64,000 nucleotides of DNA from Octopus vulgaris (taxonomy: Eukaryota). The position numbers and the translations under genes were made by a program. The notes beneath the pieces were generated by a model. It saw only the letters and a program-made list of their open reading frames with translations, did no database searches and was not told the DNA's origin. Below are positions 11,391 through 26,319 of the stretch, one piece after another. Where the stretch lies: positions 188,728,001 through 188,792,000 of the forward strand of contig OX597814.1 of NCBI GenBank assembly GCA_951406725.2. Direction: 5' to 3'. Position 1 is the first letter of the stretch. Every line of letters starts with the position of its first letter.

Positions 11391-12879
11391 ATTAACACAG
11401 TATGCTTCCACATCTTTATCGTGGAAGATATTTCAGTTTCTAGCAAATCGCATTGCAAATTACGAAATTGCGCATTAAAGAAAGAGGCTTAAATGATGAC
11501 CAACTTGTAAAAAATTCTATCGATTTGGTACTTAGAAGCAAGTAATATATCTGTCATGGTGTTTAGTTATAAGTGACATTGTTCAAAATTTTAAAGCAGT
11601 CACAATGAAAACTAGTGGGTCATATTGTTAAAGTCAGTAAACCGGATGATGAGAAAAACTGGCAAAAACCGTTGCACGCCAACTATTTAAGGAAATAAGC
11701 ATTTAAAGCTTATGCAATTATTTATATAAACCTTTAACCAGTATCTAAATAAAAATATAGGGTAATAAAGTTATGCTAATATTTTATGAAAAACTACAAC
11801 AACAAAATATTATTAATCATATTCGATATTTGATTTTGCCATTCATACTTTTAACAACATGATTTGCAAAATCGATTGATTTTCATATTGATTTATTTAG
11901 TTTCAGTTTCATTAGTTTATGCCGATCAAACAAAATGAAAATGTCTTTGTCTAAATCGAGAGACGCCACTGGAAGGAAGAGAAAAGATTTCCGACTAATT
12001 AATACTTGGAATAATTGCTGGTTGATAGCAGCAGGCAAGTAAAAGTAAGGGAAACAATAAATCTTTGTGAGCACATATTTCTGAGATTATCGATCGTGAT
12101 TAAAGTTGGGAAAAGTTCAAGAACTTCAAAAATAACAGTTCAATCTCGGTTCAGAATAAATTTCTCCGAACTTAATTTTTACTCCAATTAAAGTTCTAGT
12201 GACACAAAAGCTTTAATCCTACTGAAATTCATTCCAATTTATTCCAATCATTCAGTTAAATGCCACCCAAAATTCTCTTAAGTACAACATCAGCAGTATT
12301 TTGCTTCACAGAAAAATTACAACAAAGTTATACAAATTAATAATCTCTAATTAATCTGACCGAAAATTGCCTCAGCATTTTATATCTACTTAGGAAACGT
12401 ATGGTTTAACGAATGGAAAATATTAATTAAAAGATGACAATTCTAATACGAATTCTATTAAATGGTTTCTTGTTATCAATGATTTGAAGGTATTTACCAG
12501 AAAGAGAAACAAGATGATCGGAGGAGTGTCGAGAAAGAAGAAAATGCTGCTTGTTGTTGCTTTTGATGTTTAACACACAGTCAGCTCTGATTAAGCAAAT
12601 CTATAATCAAAAGTGTTCCAACCATGACCATCTGCCATTTTGTACGACTATACGACTCCATTATCCAACTAGGCGTTCTGTCTTTCGTCTTGAAGAAAAT
12701 ATCGGATTTGAAAGGGACTTGGCTGCCATTTCAAGCAGGTTGAGAGACCACGTAAATTCTCCCTCATAACCACCACAAACATACTTTATCAACGATGTGA
12801 AGAAATATTCAATAAAAATTGCTTATTTTTCTTGAACAAATTCTATTATAATTGAATCACCGTTAGAGTCATATATATA

Positions 12880-13242
12880 TATATCAAAATAAGCAACAAG
12901 TATACCCAGACGTAATGCAGTACGATCATTTCACGCAACTGCATTTAATTGAACAATGCTACCATTACATCAATTTAAATGCCAAACAATCCTCAGCTGC
13001 ACAAAGACATAGAATTTAATTAAATTAAAACAGATGGACTCATTAGTATAATTTTACCTAAAATCTCCAAGAATGTAAGGAGAATAAATGGAGTTGCGTG
13101 AAACGATCGTACTGCATAACCTCTGGATATCCTTGTTGCTTTTTTGATTTTAATCACCTTATTTTGGATAATACCGTACTAAATTCTGGTGCTTCAACTT
13201 AAGTACCATATTCATCTGAATCTAAATTTTTGCTGAACTCAT
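12880..13242. mobile_element. Penelope-like non-autonomous element with inverted terminal repeat
   Basis: Inverted arms ~12887-12947 and ~13085-13147; flanked by (TA)n and (CT)n(TA)n. Confidence 0.6.
12916..13001 (-). ncRNA. Type I hammerhead ribozyme motif with long stem II
   Basis: TGCAG-CTGAGGA-[GCATTTAAATTGA..TCAATTAAATGC]-GAAATGATCGTA-CTGCA: perfect 5-bp stem I, CUGANGA and GAAA core, GUA cleavage triplet. Confidence 0.72.
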
Positions 13243-13251
13243 CTCTCTCTC

Positions 13252-13335
<84 letters not shown>

Positions 13336-13737
13336 AACATATGTATGTATGTGTGTCTTTGTGTTTGTCTCCACACGCTTGACAACTGGCTTTGGTTTCT
13401 TTATACCTGGGTAAACTAGTAGTTCGGCAAAAGACCCTGATAAATTAAATATGAGACTTAAAAAGTAATTACTGGGTTTGACTTGTTCGTCTAAACCCCC
13501 CAAGATGGCGCTTGAGCATGGCTACAGTCCAATTAATTGAAACAAATTAACAATTAACAATAAGAAATTTTCAGATTAAAAGCATAGGTAAGGAAATGCA
13601 GACAAATATAAGGAAATATTTATATCCCTGTGTGGGGAGAAAAATATTAAGATTATTTTGACTAGTTTAATCCAACACAAGGTATTTCTACACAGAAATT
13701 GTCAATCTGAATTAACTGAAATATTTAATGTAGGTTT

Positions 13738-14190
13738 ATACTCTCTTTACTCTTTTACTTGTTTCAGTCATTTGACTGTGGCCATGCTGGAGCACCGCCT
13801 TTTAGTCGAACAAATCGACTCCAGGACTTATTATTTGTAAGCCTAGTACTTATTCTATCGGTCTCTTTTGCCGAACTACTAAGAGACGGGGACGTAATCA
13901 CACCAGCATCGGTTGTCAAGCGATGTTGGGGAGACAAACACAGACACACAAACATATATATATACACACAGACACACACAGACACACACACACACACACA
14001 CATATTTATATATATATATATATACATATATACGACGGGCTTCTTTCAGTTTCCGTCTACCAAATCCACTCACAAGGTTTTGGTGCGCCCGAGGCTATAA
14101 TAGAAGACACTTGCCGAAGGTGCCACGCAGTAGGACTGAACCCGGAACCATGTGGTTCGTAAGCAAGCTACTTATCACACAGCCACTCCT
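13738..14190 (-). mobile_element. SINE family B
   Basis: Near full-length match to 2968-3350 with an internal CA/TA tract. Confidence 0.92.
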
Positions 14191-14764
14191 ACTTTTACAT
14201 TTTTTAAAAGATTCGGTGCAAAATGTAAATAAATGTAAACATATTTTCATATCTGTTCTTCAGCAGAAAAAATGTGGAATTTGTTCCGAATAATTTCATC
14301 TGTTCCTGGAGATTCAATGTGAAACAAGTACCATATGCCATAATTACATATAAATTAGACATGTTCAGTTTATTGTGTTAATTACAAAATACGATATACG
14401 CATCCAGGGAGAATTCTAATTAATATTGCCATCTATAATTTATACTTAATGTAGACACACTGTTGAGAAGAGAGTTACTGGGTTATCAATAACTATCAGA
14501 GACCATAAAACAGTGAGAGACGAATACGTCACCGAAAGTATCCATTGAAACGGCTTAAAAAGGTCTTGCGCTCTCACTGGCAGCTGCTGGGAGGAACTTC
14601 AGTCTCTCTCTTTCTTTCTCTCTCTCCTTTGATATGTGTTGTGCTTTTAACACAGTAAATCCATAAGGGATGTTACCTCAGGACAGATATTGCTGTAGCT
14701 GGCCTCTCAACAGTGTATATACTTTTAGGTACGAACGATAGATAGTTATTTCAATTTGAATAAA

Positions 14765-14925
14765 AGGCGCAGGCGTGGCCGTTTGGTAAGAAGCTTGCTT
14801 CCAAACCAAAATGGTTCCGGGTTCAGTACCACTGCGTGGCGTTTTGGGCGTCTTCTACTATGGCCTCAAGCAGACCAGACCCTTGTAACTGAATTTGTAG
14901 ACGGAAAATGAAACAAGCCCGTCTT
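14765..14925 (+). mobile_element. SINE family B, 5' half
   Basis: AGGCGCAGGCGTGGCCGTTTGGTAAG head. Confidence 0.85.
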
Positions 14926-15009
14926 GTACACACACACACACACACATACACACACACATATATATATATATACATGTTTTAATAGTATTAATTGTAGTTT
15001 TAAATTTCT

Positions 15010-15983
15010 TATAATTAAATTAGATAAACTTTGATAAACTTAGATATGTTTCGACTAAAGATTGGTCCAGGCCATGTCTAATTTAATAGCATAACTTAGT
15101 TATTGTTTTTTTAAATTGATATTCGCTAGTTATTCCCATTGATAATTATATTTATAGTATTTATACTATTTATTCGATACTATATTACTACGAATTGATT
15201 ATTTCTATAAGTATTTTACATAAGATTTCCGAAAGTTCGTTTAAGTTTGTTTATTTGTATTTTGAAATTAGCTATTTCATCTTTAAATATGAAAAAATTA
15301 ATTTATTAGGTTTTTATTATATGTGCATATATATTTATTTATAGAGATTATTTTAGATCTTAATTATAATATTTATATACATTTATATATTTTCATTGAT
15401 AATTTATATATAATAGTCATTTTTAAATATTTATGTAATTAGATATTTATTAATACCGATATTAGATTATTGGTGGGTTTCCTACCTTATAAATTAAAAT
15501 TAATATTTAACATTATAGTCGATTTTGATATAATCATAATTGTTAAGTTTTATGTTTCTAGTTTGATAATAGAGTTTATTATAAGTAAAATTATTATATT
15601 ATTTATATCTTTAAAATATTGTTTAAATATTTCTGATTATTTTTTAGATATTTCAATTAACCTGAAGATTGACTGTAACCATAACTCGAATTATTAATTG
15701 AATTTAAATTATTGTTATTCGAATTGTACAGCCATGAAACGATCGTAGTGTTTTACTCTTTATCTTTTATTAAACTTTTAATACTTTTGATATATATAAA
15801 ATAATATAAATTAAATTAATTTTATGTATTGGCTTATGTTTTTCATTGCTCGATTTGCCTAATAGTGGTTTTATCTCTAATTTAATATAATATAATATAA
15901 TATATTTATACTATAAAATTGGATTTAATCCTAAATCTGATTTTTCCCTGTAAGTTTGGATTTATTCCCTAATATTTTATTAT
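15010..15983. mobile_element. AT-rich Penelope-like element with a CR1-type LINE tail fused at its left end on the minus strand
   Basis: Hammerhead motif at 15655-15755; right end matches 1-250; ~15020-15092 is the reverse complement of the LINE tail at ~20905-20972. Confidence 0.55.
15655..15755 (+). ncRNA. Type I hammerhead ribozyme motif with long stem II and weak stem I
   Basis: CTGAAGA (15662)-TTGACTGTA..TCGAAT..ATTCGA..TACAGCCAT-GAAACGATCGTA; palindromic stem III ACGATCGT. Confidence 0.6.
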
Positions 15984-16087
15984 ATATATATATATATCCC
16001 TAATAGTGGTTTGGAATTTAACTGTTCTCTCTAGCGTGCAAGGAGTCCTATGATGGATGCCTCTTATGTGTTTAAATGTACTCTTTG

Positions 16088-16232
16088 CGTAACTGATGCT
16101 TATTTAATCGACCCCGTAAGGATGAAAGGTACAGTCGACCTCGGCGGATTTTGAACTCAGAACGTAACGGCAGACGAAATATAGCTACGCATTTCGCCCA
16201 GCGTGCTAACGATTCTGCCAGCTCGTCGCCTT
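16088..16232 (-). mobile_element. SINE family A, 5' part
   Basis: Matches 4550-4687. Confidence 0.88.
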
Positions 16233-16620
16233 GTTGTTTGAAATATTGCATTTTCCAATAAGGCTGTTTCTTTTTCTAAAGCAGGTTATGATTTCAGGAG
16301 AGAGACATGCACCACCTGAACAGACCAAATAGATCGAGCAAGACCAATCGTTTGATTAAATAATACCATTCTCATTAGACTAATATATGTGTAATAGCAA
16401 TCGACTTCTGAAGTACGCGTAGGTTACCTAAATATGAAAGAATTGTTGGACTTCGCCTTCGTTTTACTTCTTTTGTTTCTTCCACTTCAATAGAATTAAA
16501 CAAAAACTGAAGAGAAATTTACTGATCCGCTAAAACGGTTAGTAAGGCTCACCGATATTTATCCCCACCCGAATTAAATCGGTGACTCGTATGTTCAGTA
16601 TGAACGTGCATCAATGATCC

Positions 16621-16790
16621 GTATGTATGTACGTATGTATGTATGTATGTATGTATGTATGTATGTATGTATGTATGTATGTATGTATGTATGTATGTAT
16701 GTATGTATGTATGTATGTACGTACGTACGTATGTATGTATGTATGTATGTATGTATGTATGTATGTATGTATGTGTATATGTATATGATA
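16621..16790. repeat. (TATG)n microsatellite
   Basis: Directly visible. Confidence 0.98.
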
Positions 16791-17152
16791 TCAGTATGTA
16801 GGTACATGTATACATAGATACATACATATACATACATATACATATATAAATGTATGTGTACGTCTGTTTGTGTGCGCGCTCGTGTGTATTATTTATAACT
16901 TTCGGCATCTTTATCTATCTATCTGTTCAGAATGCTTATTAGATAGGTTAATCACAAAGCCTTATTATTAGTGTTCAGCTGGTGTACATAAAAGAAATCG
17001 TTCAAACGGATATTGTAATTATGTTAATAAATGCAAGGAAGAGCACAATTTGTTACAATAGAACAAAGATCTTGTGAATTGGTCCCGCATGGAAACAAAT
17101 TGAGGCGGCAATACTTTCCCTTTTAACATGTCTTCTCCCGCTCACTCCAAAC

Positions 17153-17184
<32 letters not shown>

Positions 17185-17198
17185 ATGATTTACATGAT

Positions 17199-17319
<121 letters not shown>

Positions 17320-17368
17320 CAGATAGATATATATGTGTGTATGTGTGTAAATATAGACATCTATCTGT

Positions 17369-17700
17369 GAAGGCGCATGGCTCAGTGGTTAGAACGTCGA
17401 GTTTACGATGGTGAGGTGAGTTCAAATCCCAGAGCGGGTTAGTGTTGTGCTCTTGAGCAAGACACTTTATTTCACGTTGCTCCAGTTCACTAAATATTAG
17501 AAATGAGTTGCCATGTCACTGGTGCCAAGCTGTATTGACCTTTGCCTTTCCCTTGGATAACATCAGTGATGTGTGAGAGGGGAGGCTGGTATGCATGGGC
17601 AACTGTTGGTCTTCCATAAAAAAAATTTGCCCGGAATTGTACCTGGGAGGGTAACTTTCTAGATGCAATCCCACGGTCAGTCATGACTGAAGGGAGTCTC
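17369..17700 (+). mobile_element. tRNA-derived SINE, head type E, between (GATA)n and (TATC)n tracts
   Basis: GAAGGCGCATGGCTCAGTGGTTAGA (A box), GAGTTCAAATCCC (B box), CTTGAGCAAGACACTTT core; a 3' fragment recurs at ~40670-40800. Confidence 0.8.
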
Positions 17701-17752
17701 ATAGACATCTACCTACCTATCTATCTACCTACCTATCAACCTACCTACCTAC

Positions 17753-17876
<124 letters not shown>

Positions 17877-17897
17877 AATATAGTATAATATATATAC

Positions 17898-18308
17898 AGG
17901 CGCAGGAGTGGCTGTGTGGTAAGAAACTTGCTTCCACACCACATGATACCGGGTTCGGTCCCACTGCGAGGCACCTTGGGCAAGTGACTTCTACTATAGC
18001 CTCGGGCCGAACAAAGACTTGTGAGTGGATTTGGTAGACGGAAACTGAAAGAAGTCCGTCGTATATGTATGTATGTATCTATGAATATATGTATGCATGT
18101 ATGTATGTATCTGTGCGTTTGTGTTTGTCTCCCAACCATCGCTTGAGAACCGAGGTTGGTGTGTTTATGTCCCCGTAACTTAGCGGTCCGGCAAAGAAAC
18201 CGATAGAATAAGTACTAGGCTTACAAAGAATAAGTCCTGGAGTAGATTCGTACGACTAAAGGTGGTGCTTAAGCATGGCCGCAGTCAAATGACTGAAACA
18301 AGTAAAAT
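17898..18308 (+). mobile_element. SINE family B
   Basis: Full head-to-tail match to other B copies. Confidence 0.92.
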
Positions 18309-18321
18309 AATATATATACAC

Positions 18322-18388
<67 letters not shown>

Positions 18389-18394
18389 TTGTGT

Positions 18395-18425
<31 letters not shown>

Positions 18426-18767
18426 AACACACTGACGCACATCCATTTACATCCGTCTCATATATACAGACATGAATTTCTCCACATTCATACACATGCA
18501 TACTGCATACACACACACGCACATACACACACACACACACATACACACACACACTTTCGGACGTACACAAACATGCACAATCACTCATTGTTTGTGTCTC
18601 CGTTATTTATTCAGATGATGACTACGTATAATCAAAAATCGTTCTGTGATCATTTAAATAGTATTCAAATTAACTAGAAGCTACTCAATGTGTCCGTCCC
18701 TTATTAAAAAGGGGTAGATATTTGCCTGCTATTTCTAGCAGACCGAGGTACCATACATACTTACATG

Positions 18768-19996
18768 CACACGGGTGCCCAAAAGTAACAGGAAACGTTC
18801 TGTGTGAGACAAGCCCGTTGTAGTTCAGGCTTCCACCGCTAGAAGCCACTTGATGCAACTCCCAGGCATCAGTATGCGGAACGGCGTCGTAGAGTGACGT
18901 CGTACTGTCAGGGGGTGTGTCTTTGTTTTGCAGTCCTTCTCCCCTAACGATAAACGTCGCCCTTTTCAAGCCTAACCAGGCTCGTGGACCCGGTTTCCCG
19001 GTTTCTGTGGCGTATGTGCTCCCCCCAGCTGGACGAGACGCCAGTCCATCGCAGCGTTACTCAAGAAACAGGAAGAGAGAGTGAGAGAAAGTTGTGGCGA
19101 AAGAGTACAACAGAGGTCGCCACCACGACCTGTCGGAGAGACGTAGAGCTTTTAGCTGTTCTTGCTCAAACAACTCACATAACGCCCGGTCTGGGAATCG
19201 AAACCGCGATCCTCCGACCGCGAGTCCGTTGCCCTAACCACTAGGCCATTGCGCCTCCACGCTTCTCCCCTACTCGTCGACTTATGCGATGGTTGAAACG
19301 AAGGAACAGCATGATTCCGTGAAACGGTTTTCTGCTGGGTAAATCGGCGACCGAAACAGTTGTCATGCTTCAAATAGCTTATAAGGACGCTGCCATGTCT
19401 AAAACACAAGTTTACAAGTGGTTTTCATGCTTTAGGAATGGTTACTCATCGCTTGAAGACCAACCTCGTTCAGGGTGTCCGCCAACCTCCAGAACCTCCA
19501 TAAAAATTCATGAACTGGTCTTGGAGGACCATCACCGAACATTTGACGAATTTGTTGATATGATTGGTGTGTCCTGGAACTCCTACCAACGAATTTTGAG
19601 GGAGGAATTAGCAAATGAAAAGAGTTGCAGCAAAATGTGTCTCTCGCTTGCACACGGAAAATCAAAAGCGCTCACGACTGAATGTGTATCGTGAACAGAG
19701 AGAACAGTTGGAAATTTATCCGGATCTTTTATAAAAGGTTATCAATGGTGACAAAAGCTGGCGCAACGGAATTTGCAGATGTGGAATAGGTGAAAAAAAA
19801 AAAAAAAAAAAAAAAGATGGAAGCGTTAAACAGCATCGCTTTGCAAGAGTTCCAGTGCTTCGAACAGGGTAAAACAGCTCTAGACCGATGCATTGCTTCA
19901 AATGGAGAATACTTTGAAGGCGATAAAAGTGTAAACATGTAAAATTGAGTAAAATAATATTGCAAAATTTCGGTTTTTGGGGGGTACTCTCTCGTA
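18768..19996 (+). mobile_element. Decayed, internally deleted mariner-like transposon with a SINE inserted
   Basis: KTQVYKWFSCFRNGYSSLEDQPRSGCP (HTH/GRPR-like), CIASNGEYFEG C-terminus; TIR-like ends CACGGGTGCCCAAAAGTAACAGGAA and TTCGGTTTTTGGGGGGTACTCTCTCGTA. Confidence 0.85.
18961..19258 (-). mobile_element. SINE family C (tail type ii)
   Basis: Head GGAGGCGCAATGGCCTAGTGGTTAGGGC..GGTTTCGATTCCC. Confidence 0.9.
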
Positions 19997-20454
19997 TAAG
20001 TATATGCATTGGCATGGCACTGTGGTAAGACGTTTGCTTCACAACCACATCATTTCGGGTTCAGTCCCACTGTGTGGCACCCTGTGTCATACTATTCCAC
20101 AATAACATAGGGCCCGACAAAGATTTGCAAGTGGATTTAATGGAGGGAAACTGCGAAAAAAGACAGTCTATATAGAATAACAGCAGCTTAATGACCGAAA
20201 CAAAAGACAAAAGATTGGGAGGAGATATGGCAGACGGAAACTGAAAGAAGTCAGTCGCGCGTGTATAAATATATATGTTTGAATGTGTGCGTGAGGAGGG
20301 AGGGCGCGCGAGTATATTTATGTTTATGTTTATCTCCTCAACACCGTTTGGCAAGCGTTGCGGGATTTTTATGTTCCAGTAAACCAACAGTTCAACTAGT
20401 AAAGAACCTTAAAACACCTACCAGATTAATATATATATATATTAATTAAACCAG

Positions 20455-21369
<915 letters not shown>

Positions 21370-21842
21370 TATCTTTGTTATATATATACATACGCAATCG
21401 CGTGCGCATGCCCGCACAATATATATATATCACGTGATCACGTGATATACACATATACTGGGGTCCGCTTATTCGACTAAACTCTTCAAGAGGGTGCCCC
21501 AGTTTGGCCGCAGTCCAATGAATGAAAACAGTATAAGTTAAAAGATACGTATAAGTGCAAGTAAGCACACACACATTCACAAATACACACACACATATGT
21601 ACATCCGTACACTTATATATGTGCTTGTGTATGTGTGTGCGGGCATGCGCACGCGATTGCGTATGTATATATATAACAAAGATAATTTCAATGAGTAAAA
21701 TGTTCCCACAATAGCTTTGAGTGAATGGTATTTGAAATATAAAATTCTGCTTTCTCATAAATACATAACCAAACGCATCATACATATAGATTTACATACA
21801 GCTCAGAAAAATAATGTATATATGTATATACACATACATATG

Positions 21843-21883
<41 letters not shown>

Positions 21884-22082
21884 ACACACACACACACATA
21901 TATATACATACATATATATATATATATATATCACACATATATTTATATATATCTTTATATTGAATATATGCATATAATATATAACCATATAAACACAAAC
22001 TTATCTAAATATGAAACCGTATATATATATATTCCTTATTACTATATATGTATGTGTGTATATATATATATAATGTTATTAC

Positions 22083-22115
<33 letters not shown>

Positions 22116-22389
22116 ATGTATGTATGTACATATATGCATATTTACATAAAGTTTAAACAAATGCGGTTCATATTTAACCCGTTGTTAAACCTTATCGCTT
22201 CAATTAATTCCATCAGATTTTCAACAGTCATCAAAGACTTTGTATTTCGAAGAAAGAGACCGGCATAGCAGGGAACGGTACTTGAACTGTCAAAGCATTA
22301 TCGATCCGTTGTTTTTGAAAACCCGGACAAAAATATGTACTACCGCTTTTCGAAGACGTCAGAAGAATTTTCAAAAAGACACAATCGTA

Positions 22390-22700
<311 letters not shown>

Positions 22701-23056
22701 ATACAAAGACACACATGCATATGCACAATATTCTTTGTGAACCGTTTGAATACAAGAAATATGTCGGTTATAGTCTTGATCGTTTCAAACCAAGAATTCC
22801 ATATTTTTTGAAGTAGTATCAAATTATGTAGAATTTATAGCAAAACCGCCAGTTTCATATCAATAGAAAAATTGTTCATGCATGTATAAGATAGTTTCAA
22901 GCTTCATAAATATAATTTATATTATTCCTAGGACTGAATTTACCGATTCTGTTTAGGTTAGATAAATATCGACGTTTGCGTCTGCTTTTCTTTTGATATG
23001 ATTCCCTGCTTCCAAGTATGTTTACGTTGGACAACCTATCTTCACCAGAGTACGTC

Positions 23057-23146
<90 letters not shown>

Positions 23147-23306
23147 TGAGAGTTACTGGTGACTATAAGACCCAAAGAGTGGCGGGTAATGCGAAGTCAG
23201 TGCTATGCACAGACCGTAGTTAAACCCTCGGTTCGATTGTGATACGTGTGAGGAGTCTAACGTGGGTCTTGTAATAGTATGCATACACACACACACACAC
23301 ACATAC

Positions 23307-23364
<58 letters not shown>

Positions 23365-23366
<2 letters not shown>

Positions 23367-24150
23367 TAGACAAAACGAAATAACAAAGCCAAGACCGTGA
23401 GGAGTTTTCAAGACATTTATAAGGAAATAGCCTTACACCTGTTTCTGGGATATTATGGATATCCCTTCATGAGAGACGTTGTGAAATGGTTGAATAAAGG
23501 AAATATTTGTGTTGGAATTATTATGGAGAAGGAGGAGATAGAGAATATACAGGGAAAGAAGAGAATGGGAGTAGAAATAAGATATATAAAAATATTGTAG
23601 TTATTCGAGGAAAGTGATGTATAAAAGTAGTAAAACTGTTTCCCGTACTTGGTATGTAAGCTCCAATAGTTGTTCATGTTTAGTCATTTGAAAATATGGA
23701 GCCGTAGATTCTGTGTTGCTCATTCGAAAGGGTTTCGTGGTGTGAATGAAAATTTGAGAATGTACTGGTAGTATTTGTGGATAGATAGTGGGAGTAGAGA
23801 TGTGTGTGATTAGAATGAGGAGACAGGTCAAATTAAAAACATGAAGAGAAAATGAGAGGAAGAAAGAGAGACAAACAAAAAGTGAAAATAGTGAAAAAAT
23901 GAAGAAGGGGTGAAAGAAGTGAGAAAAGGAGTGTTGTTGGTGGTCAAGATAATGTGATGGGAGGATGGGAGAGGAGTGGGAGAAGGAATGGGAAGAGATG
24001 AGAAGGTAAGAAGTAAACATTTTTCATTCTCTCCGTTTTTTTTCTGTTCTCTCTTTTACCCTCTCACTCCTTTCTTTCGAAGAGCGTTAAAATAATACAC
24101 CTGCTTGTTGTCCCTCACCTGCCTTCGTGTTTTGTTTTCTGTAAATGTGA

Positions 24151-24155
<5 letters not shown>
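23365..24155. mobile_element. Penelope-like fragment: minus-strand ORF start region with an inverted pseudo-LTR on the plus strand
   Basis: 24060-24155 matches the pLTR-like units at 35700-35845 and 48860-48995 (..GAAGAGCGT..ACACCTGCTTGTTG..CCTTCGT); minus-strand YITFLE and KTPHGL peptides; (TA)n flanks. Confidence 0.5.
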
Positions 24156-24213
<58 letters not shown>

Positions 24214-25094
24214 TATATATGTATGCATGCGTGTGTGTGTTTGTATGTTGTATAAATTGGTGAAATGAGCTAGCGATACTAGCTTGTTGTCTGCGTTCCT
24301 AATTCAAATCCTAGGTTGGTAAATTTTACTCTTTCAGAGTAGAGGGGGAAATTGGTAGAACTCACACAAAGTTGTGAAGGACATCTGGTTAAGATCATTG
24401 CTTTCTGCCAGTGACGCCTGCTACGATATTAGGATTAAGCTGGTTTCGCCCAATTCAGAGATTTTACCCTTAGGTAATTTTACCAATTTTACCCTTAGGT
24501 AAAAAAACAAACTGTCTTGGCGAGGAGTCGTATTTATGCATGGACACCTTCCAGTCTTTCTGAACGATATTGTTCAGGCTTGCGCATACATGTGTAAAAG
24601 GCGTGGTGAACCTCGAATGATAGAGGCTCTTCAATATGTATGTTGTCTATTTTTATGTTTATAGAAAGATAAAGATTACTGAATCGTTGATATATTAAAT
24701 GGCCTCACGATATCGTTATCGATACTTGAGTTTCTAATCGTCCTCTCAGGCTTTTAGCAAATAAATATTATGAGAAATTATTAGATTGCTTCCGGTACAA
24801 CAAAAGTGTGCTTTTACTGTTTACAAGGCAAGATGTATCAGCAAAAATATAGAATGGCAATGAGATCTCACATAGCGACAACGTTTGCAAACTTACACAG
24901 TGGAAAACAAAATGGTACCTAAGCATGTGTATATGATGTACACCAAAAGTGTCGGTGATATACGTAGGGGGGTCTTTGGGAATAGTCTATATACTAGGGA
25001 ATGACTGAGACAACAAACCTGAACTAAAATTCAACATTCGAAAAACGAAAAGTATATACATAGCGCTTTATTTTTATTTTATTTTTTTATGCGA

Positions 25095-25643
25095 CCTTTT
25101 CAAGCCTAGTCAAGTTCATGGGCCCGGTTTCCCGGTTTCTATGGCGTATGTGTTCCCCCCAGCTGGACGGGACGCCAGCCCATCGCAGCATTACTCAAGA
25201 AACAGGAAGAAAGAGTGTGAGAAAGTTGTGGCGAAAGAGTACAACAGGGGTCGCCACCAACCCCTATCGGAGCCTCGTGGAGCTTTAGGTGTTTTCGCTC
25301 AATAAACAGACACACAACGCCCGGTCTGGGAATCGAAACCGTGATCCGCCGACCGCGAGTCCGCTGCCCTAACCACTGGGCCATTGCGCCTCCACTGCGT
25401 CCTTTTAAAGCCTAGCCAGGATCATGGGTTTTCGGTTTCCCGGATTCAATGGTGTACGTGCTCACCACCTGGACGGGACGCCAGTCCATCGCAGCGTTTC
25501 TCATTTTTGCCAGGTGAGTGGACTGGAGCAACGTAAAATGAAGTGTTTTGCTCAAGAACACAACGCGTCGCCTGGTCCAGGAATCGAAACCACAATCTTA
25601 CAATCATGATGCTGACACCCTAACCACTAAGCCACGCGTCTGC
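25095..25643 (-). mobile_element. Adjacent SINE D (25400-25643) and SINE C (25095-25393), both with tail type ii
   Basis: Two tRNA-like heads; both tails end ..CTAGGCTT(G/T)AAAAGG. Confidence 0.9.
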
Positions 25644-25934
25644 ACATAACCATAGCTCTTAACAGTACAATAATTCCATTTCTAGACAAACATTTTGATA
25701 TAAAAATATCACAATGAACTAAACTCTGGATAATATACTACACATAAATACTAAATTAAAAACTTTCTTATGTTACCAAAAGTTAATCACAAGTCTGTAA
25801 GCCTGCCAGTGAACTACTAATGACTAATGTAATTTAGGAATTTGATTGCAAATGTGAAGGTTGGAAACCTTCACAACTTTAACAATTATATTTGTTCACA
25901 CAAGTGCAACATTTTTTCTCCGGCTCACTATAAA

Positions 25935-26319
25935 TCTCTCTCTATATAAAGCTGAAGTTGTCTGTGTATGGCAGGTTTGGCAGCCTTCAACTAACACTAT
26001 TTCCTCCGTGACCCTGCGGCACAAGTTGACCAAAATTGAAAGTATGATAGAAGAAGACTTGCTCTTCCTTCCGTAAAATTCAAATCGGACCATGTTAACA
26101 ACAAAAATTATTTACTTCAAAAAGGTGCTTTTTTTTCTATGAAAATCCCTATTTTTTACGTTTCTTTGACTGCTGTGTCGCCATTTTCGGTGTATTTCAA
26201 CCAGAAAAATGTTCACTTAAAGAGAATAACAATCTACATAATGCAAAATTTTTACTTTTCAAAACTTCCAATTCTAAAGGGTCAAAACAAGCCCGAGCAA
26301 CGCCGGGCGATACTGATAG
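25935..26319 (+). mobile_element. Non-autonomous Helitron
   Basis: A|TC..TATATAAA 5' end; 3' hairpin GCCCGAGCAACGCCGGGC; degenerate CTAG (ATAG)|T. Confidence 0.8.
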
